Positions 1 through 14,600 of a stretch of DNA of 64,000 bases are shown here, piece by piece. Made by a program: the position numbers and the translations under genes. Source of the DNA: Octopus sinensis (lineage: Eukaryota); NCBI RefSeq assembly GCF_006345805.1, contig NC_043017.1:18662001-18726000 (forward strand), given 5' to 3'. The notes beneath the pieces were generated by a model that saw only the letters and a program-made list of their open reading frames with translations, searched no databases and had not been told where the DNA came from. Each line of letters begins with the position of its first letter. Position 1 is the first letter of the stretch.

Positions 1-328
1 TGCTACTATCTCTTGGTATCGTGGGAAGAAATATCATCATCTTAACATCCACTGTTCCATGTCTTCATAGATTACACAAAGTTCATTGAGGTGGATTTTT
101 GTCATGTCACCAACTCTCACCCATTTCCAAGTAATTTTAAATTTCTTCTTAGCCAGACAAGTTTTAACAAAAGACTGGAAATGAATGACACATTAATTGT
201 ATTAATCTCACTGCCCTTGGAGGGCCTTCATTGGCCCATGTACACAGCCCTTAACCTTAAACTTAAACACACAAGACAAGTGTTATATCAAACAAAATTC
301 AAAAGAAACCTCTTTGACAGATACTCAC

Positions 329-451
329 AAGAGAAGGATAGGGTTTACAAACACCAAAATGTCGTACATTGCTCGTATTAAAAAGATGAAAATTAATTCT
401 TTCCAGAACATTCTCACAAGAACTGAAAACCAATGATGGTTTTTGCTCTTC
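329..451 (-). CDS. ABCC-like exon 8 ([40 protein letters not shown])
   Basis: atttaatttcag acceptor, GTGAGT donor, 123 nt, phase 2/2; aligns with the first TMD1 helix of MRP1. Confidence 0.9.
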
Positions 452-1312
452 CTGAAATTAAATGAAAATATGTTGAAATGTTTCCTGTCCAAAGAGGCAA
501 CAAGTTTAGCAAACAGTAAGATACATGTGGCATTGTATAGTAAGATGTGTGGGTGGTTTGTTGCTTGTTACCACATGGCATTGGTTGTCATGGCCAACTG
601 AAACTGAAATGCCACATCACCAGATACATGTGACATCACCTAATGTCAAATAATTAAATACTTGGGACCAATCACATCAATAACTGAGATTCCATTGGTT
701 ATGATGACAACTGTTCCAGTTGACCCGATCAATGGAACAGCCTGTTCATGAAATTAACATGCAAGTGGCTGAGTACTCCACAGGTAAGAGTAACCTTAAC
801 ATAATTACTGGTACGACTCATTTTTGCTAGCTGAGTGAACTGGGCCAACATAAAATAAAATGTCTTGCTGCCAGGAATTGAACTGAAGACCTTACAATCG
901 TGAGCTAAATATCCTGGCTACTAAGCCATGCACCTTCACTAACAACCGCATGTCACATGACTGAATAGATGTGGCCAATCATATTATACCTCAAGAGCAA
1001 AGCCATATAACCAAGCACATGATGTCATAAGACCAATTAAATGTGACTTATCACATGACCAGCCACATGTGTCTTAACTCATTACATCACATGATCACAG
1101 CAACAGCAACAATACTAAAAGTGATAGTAGTGGTTGGGGAGAGGGGTGTGACTCCAATAACGTACATCGTCTTCTCCGAGGCTTTGCATTTCAAGTGAAT
1201 GTAGGATGTTGTGTCGTTTTCCATCAGGTTGGGGACGAAATTGTCTCGGTTCCTCTGTCTGTAGCCACGAATCATCACACTGAAAAAATAAAAACAACAA
1301 TAACAAAAACAA

Positions 1313-1343
<31 letters not shown>

Positions 1344-1356
1344 GACAACAATAATA

Positions 1357-1388
<32 letters not shown>

Positions 1389-4300
1389 TAATAATAATAA
1401 TAACAATAACAACAACAACAATAATAATAATAATAAATGCCAGGCTCAGGCTCTCATGGCTTCCGATCTCAACTGACTGGAACTTTTATCAAGTACATGT
1501 TTAATCTTTGTATAAAAGATGGCCAACACCAAATAATCTACTCCATACCACAGATTTGCTTGTCAATTGTTTGACCTTAACAAGTTGAGCATGTCCCTTA
1601 ATGGCTGACGATATGTGCATCTCTGATCACAAGCAGAAGTAGTGGGGGAGCATCATAGCCATGTGTCAAGAGGGACTCTTTGAGGTTTGAACAATTCACC
1701 TATGGAAGGATAGGTGTTTCGTTCATCATCCTTAAAGAATCCCCTATTCCAGGGACCTTTTGAGTGGGATGGACTACTCGACCTGAAGAAAATTCTAACT
1801 AGGCCCCCACCTGCAAGGTGACACGCAGTTTATCTTGATATGAGATCACCATGTTGCACGCATATGGTTGTGATGTATATGCCTGGTGTACCCTTATCAG
1901 ATGGGTAGTAATGATGGGTATATTTGGCTTTGTATATGTGTACACCAGTGTCACTTTGATGGCATGCACTGCCAATAATAATAATAATAACAACAACAAC
2001 AAATAAAGAACACAGCACTGGTATTGATAAAGCAGTCTGGCATAATGAACACATTACCAACTTCGTCGTTATTGTTATGACTATCACCACCACCACCACC
2101 ACCACATCATCATCATAAACAACTACCTTTGCACCAAAAAAAGAAAACCCCAGAAATCATTTAGTTTATTAACTCATGGCTTGCAATTTCAAACCTCATC
2201 CTTGCCAGGCATTTCATCATTATTTTATGTGGAGCAAGCCACTGAAGCTTCCCCTGCCCTTTGAAAGACAATTTAGAAGTGAAAAGGAAAAGAAAACAGA
2301 AGGGATTTGTGCTGACCTTGTCATCCAGAAAAATGTTAAACGCGACAAGAAGGAAGCAGTTTCATAAGGATTCTGGAAAAGAAGAATTGGTAGACAGTCA
2401 CATGACTGTTAGAGTACAGGTTTCAAATTTTAGCACAATGCCAGTAATTTGGGAGGAGGAGGAGGAGAAGGAAATTAGTCAATTACATCGATCCCTTCTC
2501 CCGTCCTCTATTGGTTCTTAATTTATCAACCCCAAAAGCAGGGTAACAAGCCGGGTTGGGAGCTTGGGTTAGGGAAGAAGCTGTGGACCAAGAGGTCTCA
2601 TAGGTTGTAGGCACGCTTGAAGGAAGGAAGGGGTCTGTTAGGGAAGATGCGCGAAGTGGAGGGGTTGGACTGGAGTCGCTGGAAGGCTCGGAGAATGGTG
2701 CATTGGAGAGATAGGAAGGTGGAGTGGTAGGTGAGGGGAAATAGGAGACGACAGGGTGGGTGTGGGGGGAGAGAGCAGATGCACGGTCCATGGAACGTGC
2801 TCTGGCAAGGGCAGTGTGGATAGTGGAGAGGGGATATCCACGTAGGATGAAGTGGCAAGCCATGAGTTGAGACTTAGTCTCAAAGTCATGGTGGTCACTA
2901 CAGAGCCTGCGTAGACGGAGGAATTGGGAATGATTTACAAGATACTTTATATGAGTTCGTGTGTTGAAGCATATTCTGTTGTGTCTGGGTAGGGTCATTC
3001 TCTTTTATGCCTTATAATTTAACACACTCACCAGTAAAATTTACACTTATTTCTTTTTTATTTTTCTAAAATTTTTGTTGCATCTTGCAACCTTTTCAAT
3101 AGTCGTTGACTGTCCATTACTCACACTGTGTTCCTTTTTGTTTGTTCGTTTGTTCTCATGTGTGTGGATCAGCATGTGTGTATGTGTATGTGTGTGTCTA
3201 TACATGCATGTATGTATGTATGTATGTATGTAAGCATGTGTGTGTATGCATGTCTGTGCATATGTATCTATCTATGTGTGTACATTTGTATGTATGTATT
3301 CTGCATATTCATGTGTTTGCATGTCTGTGGTGTTTGTGTGTTTTTATGTATGTGCATGTGTGTGTTTGTATATGTGTGTGTGTACCTCTGTCTCCTTGTG
3401 TGTGCATGTCTGAGTGTGTGTGTGTTTTGCAGCTATGTACCATGTTTGTATGTATAGATGTGCATTTCCATATGTGTGGACGTGTGTCTCCATATGTGTC
3501 CTTGTGTGAAGTAAAGTGTGTGTGTGTATATATGGTCATGTGTTTCGGTCTTCATTTGTGTATGTGTGCTTGTTTGTTCATATAACCTATATAACTATCC
3601 GTCTGTATGTTGATCTAAAATAATAATAATAATGAAATTATTGTATACAGTGCTCAGGTGCACCACAAGTTCAGGTGCACCACAATATGCAAATAATTAT
3701 ATATATTCATACACCTACCCACACACACATACATACATCTATTACATATAAGTATACACATACACCCACACACACACCATATACATACACCCACACACAC
3801 ACACCCGTGTCGTCGTCATCGTCGTCGTCGTCGTCATCATCATCATTATCATTACTATTATATAAGGTGGCCAGCTGGCAAAATCGTTAGCATACTGGAT
3901 GAAATGTATTTCACCTGTCACTATGTTCCAAGTTCAAATTCCACCAAGGCTGACTTTGCCATTCATACTATTGGAGTTGATAAATTAAATACCAGTGAAA
4001 CACTGGGTCGATGTAATTGATTAGATCCCTCCCCCAATAATTTCAGACCTTGTGCCTTCAGTAGAAAGGATTATTATTATTATTGACAACATTTTTGTAA
4101 TTTTACAGACGAGATTTGTAAAATAATGCTTTACTTACAAGTTTTTTACTCCTTTTTTCTGAAAAACAGAATAAAAGGAAAAGGGCACACTTGAAGGAGA
4201 GGCTAATTTTCACCAGGATCGATTCTAGTTTGTCTGGCTGAAAACAGAAAATGGAAAACTTTTATTTCAACTGTTAGCTGAAACAATTAATTGTATTTTA

Positions 4301-4558
4301 TCTTTTATCCTTTCCGTGTTTCAGTCGTTGGACTGTGGCCATGCTGGGTTTAGTCAAACAAATGGACCTCACTATTCTTTTTTGAAGTCTGATATTTATT
4401 CTTTCCATCTCTTTTGTCAAAATATTAAGTTATGGGGATATAAACAAACCAATACTGGTTGTCAGGAGGTGAAGTGTGCCAAACACAGGCACAAAGACAC
4501 ACACACATACGAGGGGATGCTGAAAAGTTCCTAGGTTTGGATAAAAGAAAATACAGAA

Positions 4559-4602
<44 letters not shown>

Positions 4603-7390
4603 TATATATATCAGAAATATTAAATTTCTAAATCTCTCATAGAGATATGTACGGTGGTGGGGCGATAGAATGGTTGTATACTGTCAATCTAATGTGAACG
4701 TGACAGTAGGGGGTTACGTAAATGTATATAAGGACACAGGAAAAATGTGTCAAAGCCATCAGGAGGCGTCGATGCTTCCTAGGGCTAAACAGCGGTGGTG
4801 TAACCCCCTACTGTCACATTCACGTTAGATTGACAGTATACAACCATTCTACATATATATATATTGGATGATAAAACAAATGGTTTACACCTGGTAGCTT
4901 ATTGGTAAAGCACGGTCACTTTTACAGTGATCATTATGTATATGGCAAATGAAAGACAGAAGATGGAATATATGAGAATTTATTATTAATCACAATTGTT
5001 TCAACACATCTAGCATCAATCCCTACACACACATACACACACACACCACCACCACCACTATCAAGACTTACCTCAGCCTGCTCCTCCACAGCAATCAACC
5101 AAACAATATTTTCAAAAATGGCCAGCAGCCAATAGATGAAGTTCACAGCAGATGTAAAGATTCTCTTCTTAAATTCCGCATACTGCAGGACCAATGATAA
5201 AACCTACACACAAAGCACAAATATTAAGTGTTAAGAGGATTTGCAAGAATAACAGTTTAATGGTTTATCAGTTCAATGGATTAATCGTTCCATTGCACCA
5301 GGTGAGTGGTTCTCAGCCATTTCTTACCTATGGATCCTTTTGATTTCTGTTTTACTTAGATGAATGCCCATAACTATTTGATGTCTAACCTTTTATCATT
5401 TTAACTGGCCATATCTGACCAAAATATCATTGTACCTGTTTTACCTTCAAACAGGCCAGATCAGGCCTCTCACACTTACACTACAATGTCATTCTAAAAA
5501 TAAACAATCACATCTTTGAAATTTCAAAACTTAAAGCATTTTGTGTATTGTGGGGGTGTAAGCAATTTATTGGAGATAAATTTCAAGAACAAAATCTTAT
5601 ATGGAACCCTAAGGACTATGTGAAGCCTGGTTGAGAACCACAGCACCAAACAGTTAATGGTGAAGTGAAACTTACTATTTGCGAACTGTTGATGGTGATA
5701 ATGATTGCTGGCTGTTACAGAACCACCACGAGGCCCAGACCTCGTCCTTATGTGCCTTAAGGACCTTCACTGAATTATATGTCAGCAGAACACAGGGTTC
5801 TGAGTAGGGCCTTTCGTGCTAGACAGGTGAAAAAATAAGGGCAAGATCATCTCTTCACAGAGATAAAAATGAATTTGCATTGGGCCAACATACCCTACAG
5901 ATGAAAAGTCAAAGTTACATGAGCATTGATGAGAATTGAAATCCAATAAGCCTTGGGAGAGGAACACCTTTCTTCAGGGAAACACATAGATTCATAAGGA
6001 AGGTAGAATGCCAGCTCACAGTCGACGACATCGTCGTCGTCGTTTAACGTCCGTTTTCTATGCTGACATGGGTTGGACAGTTTGACTGGAGACTGGCAAG
6101 CCAGGAGGTCGCACCAGCCTCCAAGTGGAGATAAGTCATTGATGGTTTATGCTCCACAGGGAGTGAAGAGCTTAAGTGCTGTTATAGATGAGAAGTAAAT
6201 GGGGTCTGCATAGACTCATCTGTGAAAAGGGAACCAGAAGATTTAAGCACTCACCTGTGAAAATAGAGTAAGACCTTTGCCAAAATTGATGACAGTTCTA
6301 TCCTTGTGTTTTATCATGTTGATGTGTAAGAGGAAAGTAATGGTGGCTGAGATTAATAAACTGGTGGCTGTCTGTAAATGAGAGAGAGAGTGAAAGGTAA
6401 GGTAATTGTGGTCATTGGTGAATGAACTGATGGTCAGCCAGTCAGGGGAGAAACATAGAGGAAAATTGGAAGAGAGAAGATGAGGTTGAAGATGGGAGAG
6501 TGAGAAAGAGAGGGTGAGATATGAAGACTGAGGCAAGAGAGGGAAATAGCAGAATGAAGGGGGAGGTGAAGAGGAGAGAGAGAGATAAAAAGTGTGTATG
6601 TGTAAGAGCATACAAAAGAGAAGTAGGAAGAGTAAGAAATAGCAAGGTGGTGAAGGAGAGAGCAATAGAAGAGAGAGGGGAACGGGGCAGGAAGATGGAA
6701 GAGAGAATGTGAGAGAGATAAAGACAGAAAGACCTATTCCATACTGAGAGCTGACCCATTCAGAAAAGCCAGCCTCACCCCACCACCCAAATCCGTTTTA
6801 TCAAATTCACTGCAGAGGGCAGCACCTTTCACTCCAAGTGGATGTTGGTGAAGAAGACATAAGCTTGATCAAAAGGATTCTGCTTAATCTTCAGTCATTT
6901 CAATCTTGTCTGCCTTACAAACCCTTTTGCCATTCCTACCGGTCAGAGGAAAACTGGCTGCACTTCTAAGCTGCTCACAATAAAACATCTGACATGCTGA
7001 TAGTATGTCGTCAACTTAATGTGACAGTCCCATGAAAGGGAAGAATGCTACTGTTATTTAGCCCTAGGAAACACAGTTTCCTGTTGGACTTGACACATTT
7101 CCTATGTCCTTATGTTTTCAAAATGAAGATAAGCAGTTATTTGAGGGCCCTGAGTGAGAATAGAATAACTTGTATGAAATACAGCAACAACAACAATAAC
7201 GATAATCCTTTCTACAATAGGCACAAGGCCTGAAATTTAGGGGAAGGGGATAGTCAATTATATTGACCCCAGTATTCAACTGGTACTTATTTTATTGACT
7301 TCAGTGGAATTTGAACTCAGAGCATAAGGACAGACAAAATGCCACCAAGCTTTTTCCCCAGAATGCTAAAAGTTCTGCCAGCTCACTGCC

Positions 7391-7464
<74 letters not shown>

Positions 7465-7684
7465 TGTTTCTAGTAATGGCACAAGGCCTGAAATTTGTGG
7501 GGAGAAGACTAGTTGATTACATTGACCCCAATGTTTTACTGGTACTTAATTTATCGACCCTGAAAGGATGAATGGCAAAGTCAACCGCAGTGGAATTTGA
7601 AGTCAGGACATAAAGACATGAAATACCACAAAGCATTTTGCCCTGCATGCTAACAATTCTGCCAGCTCACCACTTTATCATAAT

Positions 7685-7723
<39 letters not shown>

Positions 7724-8425
7724 CCTTTCTACTGTAGGCACAAGGCCTAAAATTTGGGGGAGGGGAATAGTTGATTACATCAACCCGAGTACTTCACTTG
7801 TATTTAGTTTATCAACCCCTAAAGGATGAAAGGCAAAGTCAACCTTGGTGGAATTTGAACTCAGAACAGAAGAACAAAAGAAATACTGCTAAGCAGTTTG
7901 CCCAGCATGCTAACAGTTCTACCAGCTCACTGCTTTAATAATAATATTTTGTCTTGGTATAAAAGATGGGCTGCAACAAATATTCTGCTCAATACCACAG
8001 ATTTGCTTGTCAGTTGTTTGACCTTAAGCAGTTGACCATGTCCCTTAGTGGCTGATGATATGTACATCTCTGATCATGAGTAGAAGTAGTGGGGGAGCAT
8101 CATAGCCATGTGTTGAAAAGAATTCTTTGGGGTTTGAATAATTCAGCTCTGGAAACATGGGTGTTTCATTCAACATCCTTAAACAATCCTGATTCAGGGG
8201 CCTTTTGAGAGGGATGGGCTACTTGACCAGAAGAAAATTCTAACCAGGCCCCACCTGCAAGGTCATGCACTGTTTATCTGGATATGAGATCACCATGTCA
8301 TGCACATATGGTTGTGATAAATGAGCCTAGTGTACCCTTATCAGACAAGTAGTCATGATGGGTATACTGGGCTTCGTATATTTTACCCCAATGTCACTTT
8401 GATGGCATGCACTGCTCTCTTACTC

Positions 8426-8472
<47 letters not shown>

Positions 8473-8584
8473 CAACAACAATGATAATGGTTTCAAATTT
8501 TGGAACAAGGTCAGCAAATTTGGGGGAGAAGATAGTTTATTACATCAATCCCAGTACTCAACTGGTACTTATTTTATGACCCTT

Positions 8585-8668
<84 letters not shown>

Positions 8669-10826
8669 GTAATAATAATAATAATAATAATACATACCAA
8701 TTTAGTGATTGTAAGATAGGATAAACGTTTGCGTATGGTCTTGTTTCTTTTTAAATATGGAATGTAGAAGAAAGAAGTGATCAGTAGCCATCCAACAGGA
8801 GTCCAAGCCACTAGAGTGTTCTGTAAACATGTGTTACTTAACAGGTTGTTCAATTCCTACAAACAGAGATCAAAGAAGAAGATTAGGGTCTACATTCACT
8901 TATTTTCTGAGATTCTAAATAGATATCATTTACATGTTAGATGATCCTGTCGAGAATGCGTTGAGCAAGAATCTTACCACTGATATTCCACGATGATTAT
9001 CACAGACATTTCTGTTGCTTTGTTCTTATACAGATGTTCAATTGAAGCATCCTTCAAGTCCTGTGGTACACAGCCAACTTTCCAGATGTTTATGAAGAGG
9101 TCATGCAGTTTCTTAAAAAGCTTCTGTCCACTATGTTTGTAAATTTCAGGAGGGATAGCATCACTGCTTGGTACTTTACCAGAAGAGATCTGTTTAATAG
9201 AGTTTACCACTTCCAGGAAGGTTGGCTCCAGAGACAGTTCCGGTATTACAGTGTGCTGTGGAACAGACATTACGACGTTGTCATTAGTGACTGAGTTGAA
9301 GTTCAAAATGGTTTCAAAGTGATCTTTCCATCATTTCAGGATGTCAGATTTGTCATTTAGGAGTGTCTCTCTATTGAGTAACACCATGCTCTTGAGGACC
9401 ATACACTTTCTTGAGGCCATCATAAAAGGCTTTAGAATCCTTTCTGTCTGCAGCTCCTTGGAGTTCAGTAGCATTGGAAGATCACCAAGGCTCCTTCATC
9501 TGTCTCAGAGCATGTTGGACCTGGCCTCTGCATTTCTTGTAGGCAATCTCTTTTCTGGACAAGCTCTTATCATTTATCCAAGTTTTGTGAGAGCTGTGCA
9601 TTTTATCTATCAACTGTTGGACATCTGTGTTGTTATTGTTGAACCAATCTTGATTTTATGAACAGGCAGTCCAAGAACCTCTACAGATGCAGAGTGTGCA
9701 TTGCATCACACAGAGCCTTCCAAGATGATTCTATGTTATCATTGATATCAACAGTGTTGAGTGCAGTGTCCAACTTGATAGAGAGCTCAGCCTGCTTTTC
9801 AACAGTTTTCAAAGGCAGAGCATTACTGCACTTAGGCACTGATGACTTTTGTAGTCTTGTGTGTTTCAGATGGAATGTAGCCTTGCTATGAAGAAGAGAA
9901 TGGTCAGAGAGATAGCGGGCGTTATGAAAGGAACATGTAATGTTAAAGTCCCTAATATCTCATTTCTTAATGATAACATAGTCTATGAGATGCTAATCCT
10001 TAGATTTAGGATGCATCCAGGTCGTCAATTTTGCTGTTGGAAAAAGGTATTTGTGATGCTTAGACTGAATTCTCTGCAGATGGAGAGCACATGCAGACTG
10101 CAGGAGTTCATTCGACCTACACCATAGCGACCAAGTACACCCTCCCATGCCTGATAGTCAGTACCAACACAAGTGTTAAAGCCGCCCATAAGGATGAGTT
10201 TATCCCTATGGTAACAACTGGAGGTGACATCGCAGAGTTGGTTGTAAAATTTCTTTGCTCAGTGCTGGCCATGGTTGGAGAATAGCAACAGACAAGCGTA
10301 GCATGAGTGTTGTGATTAAGTTCCAACATTAGTGTCGTGATGTGATCAGAAATACCTTTGGGTAGAGAAAGAAAGGATCTAGTTATTTCTGTTTTGATGG
10401 CAAAAACCAACACCAGAGTGGCACAGCTCATCTTGATTTCTTCCACACCAGAAAAATATGTATCCACCTTTGCTTTCTTCCAACTCTGGTGATCCTGCAA
10501 AACAAGTTTCACTGAGTGAAGCTATGGCAATGTTGTATTTCTTAAATTCAAGGGCAACCAGTGCTGTTTTTCAAGGTGGTCATGCACATCTTTACTTTTC
10601 CCCAGTCACCCTGCAAAGCCATTAAAAAATCAATAGAAGTGACTTTTTTGTGAATTTTCTATCCAAAACCCAATCAAAATGCCCGAAACTTGATATGCCA
10701 ATTGAATGCCAGCTAGCTGTATGTGATTGGTCGGAGATTTGGACAGTACTCGCATGTATGTGCACACACACACAGCTGTATATGCATGCACTAGCACTAT
10801 GACCCGGCAACACCGGGTCATAGTGC

Positions 10827-10892
<66 letters not shown>

Positions 10893-11598
10893 GTGTGTGT
10901 ATGTGTACATACATTTGTATAAACAGACATTCAGATATATATCTATATTCATATAAACTGGACTTCAATTGAATTCACAGAGAAGGCTTTGGTCAGCCCA
11001 AGGCTTGTATTAAAACACATCTGTCCAGTGGGACTGAACTTGAAACCACATGGCCAAGAAGCTAATTTGCAAACTACTTAACGATCAGGTGGTGGAGTCT
11101 TTAGTTGAATTCCACAAATTGTTAGGAATAAATTATCAAAAGGAAGAAAGGGTGCAGTGAGATGGGAGATGAGGCCGACAGAAACAGTAATGGGTGGATA
11201 GCAGTCATTTGATAACTATGTCCTGCCAATGGCCACCTGTTGCTTCGTTAAAGAATGCTCTTGGCTTTATCAGGATAGTTTGCTGTCAATCAGAGAAACT
11301 CTGAGTTTTAGATATCAGTTCAAGTAGGTTGTCAGGAGATGGAGTAGGAGATGGAGAGGGTATGACAAGGCTAGGGTTATTGTGTAACACCTGTCAACAC
11401 TTGAAGTCATTTAGTTTCTCACACTGAAGTGGTGATGCTTGTGGAGATAGAGGTGGTGGTGGCAGCAGTGGTGGTGATTGTGGTGGTTGTGGTGGTGGTG
11501 ACAGTGATGGGCGTGGTATATGGTGGCGGTTTGTGATGATGATGGTGAAAAACTCCAATGAATAAACACAGTGTGTAGATGTCCAATGCATGTGTGTT

Positions 11599-11695
<97 letters not shown>

Positions 11696-14600
11696 AATGT
11701 TAGGATATGATGGAATCAGATATTTAAATAGTAAAAGCACCAGAGTAGAGTTGTGGATAAGTGCACCAGTACACTAATAATGTGTGTTGATGTATATGAA
11801 TTAGGCTGTTCAGAAAATAATGGCCAATTTTAAAAATAAGCCTATATTCTAGAAAAACTGAACTTATACAAAGGTTTTAATTATTCAAAATATGACCCCT
11901 GAACAGCCATGCATTTCCCCCATCAATTAACAAGGTCATTTATGTCTCTTCAATAAAAATCCAAAGATTTTGATGCCAAGAAATCCTTGAATTCAGTTTT
12001 TACCTTAGTTCTGGAATGGAAGGTTTTTTTCACCTTAAAAATGTGTGTAGGTACTTATAAAGGTGGGAGTCAATGGGTAAAAGATCAAAAGAATATGGAG
12101 GATGTGGTAAAGTCTCTTATCCCAAATCTGTGAGCTTCTGCAGTGTCATCTTGAAAATGTGCAGTCAAGCGTTGTCATGTAGTAGAACTGGACCACATCA
12201 ATTAACAAGTGCAGATCTCATTTTGCTCAAGTGAACATGCATTTCTTCCAGTTGCTTACAGTAAACGTCCACTGTAATGCTCTGGTTAGGTTCCAGAAAG
12301 CTGTATTGTTTTCAAATGCTGATCATCAAGGGTGGATGGACATCCTCTAATTTCTTGATCTTCAAACCTCTCATCCCCACTATGGAATCTCTCAAACCAC
12401 CGCCGTACCATCCGATCACTAATGGACCCTTCACCCCATGCTCTGTTTGGGAAGCATTGCATCCAAACTTGAATTCATGCAAAAATAGTAAACACATTTC
12501 TTTTTTTTTTTCTCATGCTTGAAATTAAGGATTTTTACACTTCAAAATTATATTGTGAAAGAAATCAATAAAAATTCATTAAAGAGTACATTTCAATTCC
12601 AAAGCATGTAAAATTTCGTCTAAAACGCTACAAAAATAACATCTTAACCCTTTCATTACCATGTTTATTTTGAGATGCTCTGTGTTTCTTTCAATTATTT
12701 TAAATATTACAAAGAATTTAGTAAAATAACTTGGTTACCATTAAGCTAGTGTTAGTAACATAAATTGTGACTAAGGTTTGGTGGAAGATTTTAATTCAAA
12801 ACTTAAGAAAATAAGACATTTGTAGTACAGAGCTAGAGGCGGTTTCGGCCGGGTTGATAATGAAAGGGTTCAATTGAGTTTGAAAAAATGTTTTTGAAAA
12901 TTCAAAGAGTATTTTCCAAATAATGCTTACTAAAGTAAATACAGATTTGTCCTTCCAGTTCTGCACACTTTCACAAGTATTGACAGATTACCCAATGTGT
13001 ACTCAAGAGCCACACGGGCACACTCAGAGCAGATATTCCACATCAGATATACAGAGGACTAAACATAGAGGGGACAAATGAGGACACACAAAGGGATTAA
13101 GTTGATTACATTGATCCCAGTACATAACTGGTACTTATTTAATCGACCCCGAAAAGATGAAAGACAAAGTTAACCTCAGCGGAATTTGAACTCAGAACAT
13201 AACAGCAAACGAAATACCGCCAAGCATTTTGCCCAGTGTGCTAACGATTCTGCCAGCTTGCCGCTTTCAAACACCAGACCTATTTCACAAAACCCTTCAT
13301 TTCCAAAATTAACTCAAACAAAACCAGTGTATTTTGACAGAAATATGGTAACGAAAGAGTTAAAACTAATTTGGAGATGTCATAAAAGAGATTGGTTTTA
13401 TTTTCAACAATTAAGAGTCTGCGAATTAACAATAGATTAAAAAAAGCTTGCTTTTGATGCTCAAAACTCTAACTGATCTATACTGAGCTCTAACTGATTT
13501 ATACTGAACTAAGGAGGAGAAACAATCAGTAGAGTTCTTGAAAATTGGATAAACTAGAAAATTTTTTCTAAGAGCCTGACAAGTTCTTCTCCTTGACAAA
13601 TTAAACAATTTAGCACCAGATGTACTGTAATAGGCCAGCATTTAGCACTTTATTGTTCTTTATTTCCAGGTCAGCTATGGTGTATTTGTATTTTGTTGAG
13701 AAAGCAGTCATATCTCTTGGCTATTTCCTGTTTTAGTTTGCGAAATTTCAGATATCAAAAAAAGTGTTTTTATATTTTACTACAGTTACAGTGTTGCAGA
13801 TAATTAAAAGCCATTGACATTCTTTACTGATGTGAAAATGGCACCTATTTCAGAGTGTTAGTGTGTTCATATGTAAATATTGTGTGTATTTTTGTGTGTA
13901 AGTGCATATGTTATGAATGTGTGTGTGTGTGTGCACACTCATATTTACTTATTAATACATGTGTTTGTATATTGTCATTATTTATCATCATTTAACGGCT
14001 GTTTTCCAGGCTGGGCCTGGGTAGGATGGCTTGACAGGAAGCAGCAAGTCCAAAGACTCCACCAAGCTATGCTGTCTGTTTTGATATGGTTTCTACAGCT
14101 GGACGCCCTTCCTTATGTCAGCCACTTGACAGAGTAGACTGGGTTCTTTTTACATGGCATCAGCAGCGCTGAATTCACTAAGTAATTTGCAGGACAAGAC
14201 CTCTCAACTGATGGGAGTAGTATTAGGTGACAGACATGGTGTCTTGCATCAGAAAAGAGACATGGCTTCCTCAGATGGAGAGGGAAAGAGAGAGAGAGGA
14301 GAGAAAGATGGTGTGACCAAGAGGGGACAGGGTTCATACACAAGTGACTGAGTGATGTATATAATGGAGTGGACAGGGAGTTGGAGAGGGTGTGTAGGTG
14401 GGTGACAAAATTTCAAAAGGAGAGTGGGAGCTAAAGGTGGCAGAGAAGGGAAAAGATTTAACTGGGGTTTTTACATACAGGTAGGTTGGTGGATTTATGA
14501 GGGACAATAGAGGGGAGGGGAGAAAAAGCAGTGATGAGCATGGATGGATTGAAAGGGAATGAGAGAGACATGGACATAGATATTACTTTGCTCAATATAT

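Noticed and set aside
120-175. Possible further minus-strand exon (LLLKLVWLRRNLKLLGN)
   Set aside because: It does not resemble the expected ABCC exon 9; the next exon is probably outside the window.
3106-3890. Long Cys/Val/Met- or His/Thr-rich ORFs, also at 15665-16173, 26549-27046 and 32389-32997
   Set aside because: They are translations of TG, CATA or GATA microsatellites, not genes.
5676-5720. Minus-strand GTAAGT donor as a candidate ABCC exon
   Set aside because: In-frame stop just upstream, and exons 3 and 4 already join correctly.
11040-11350. Possible PLE RT remnant (QQVAIG-like)
   Set aside because: Too decayed to support from sequence alone.
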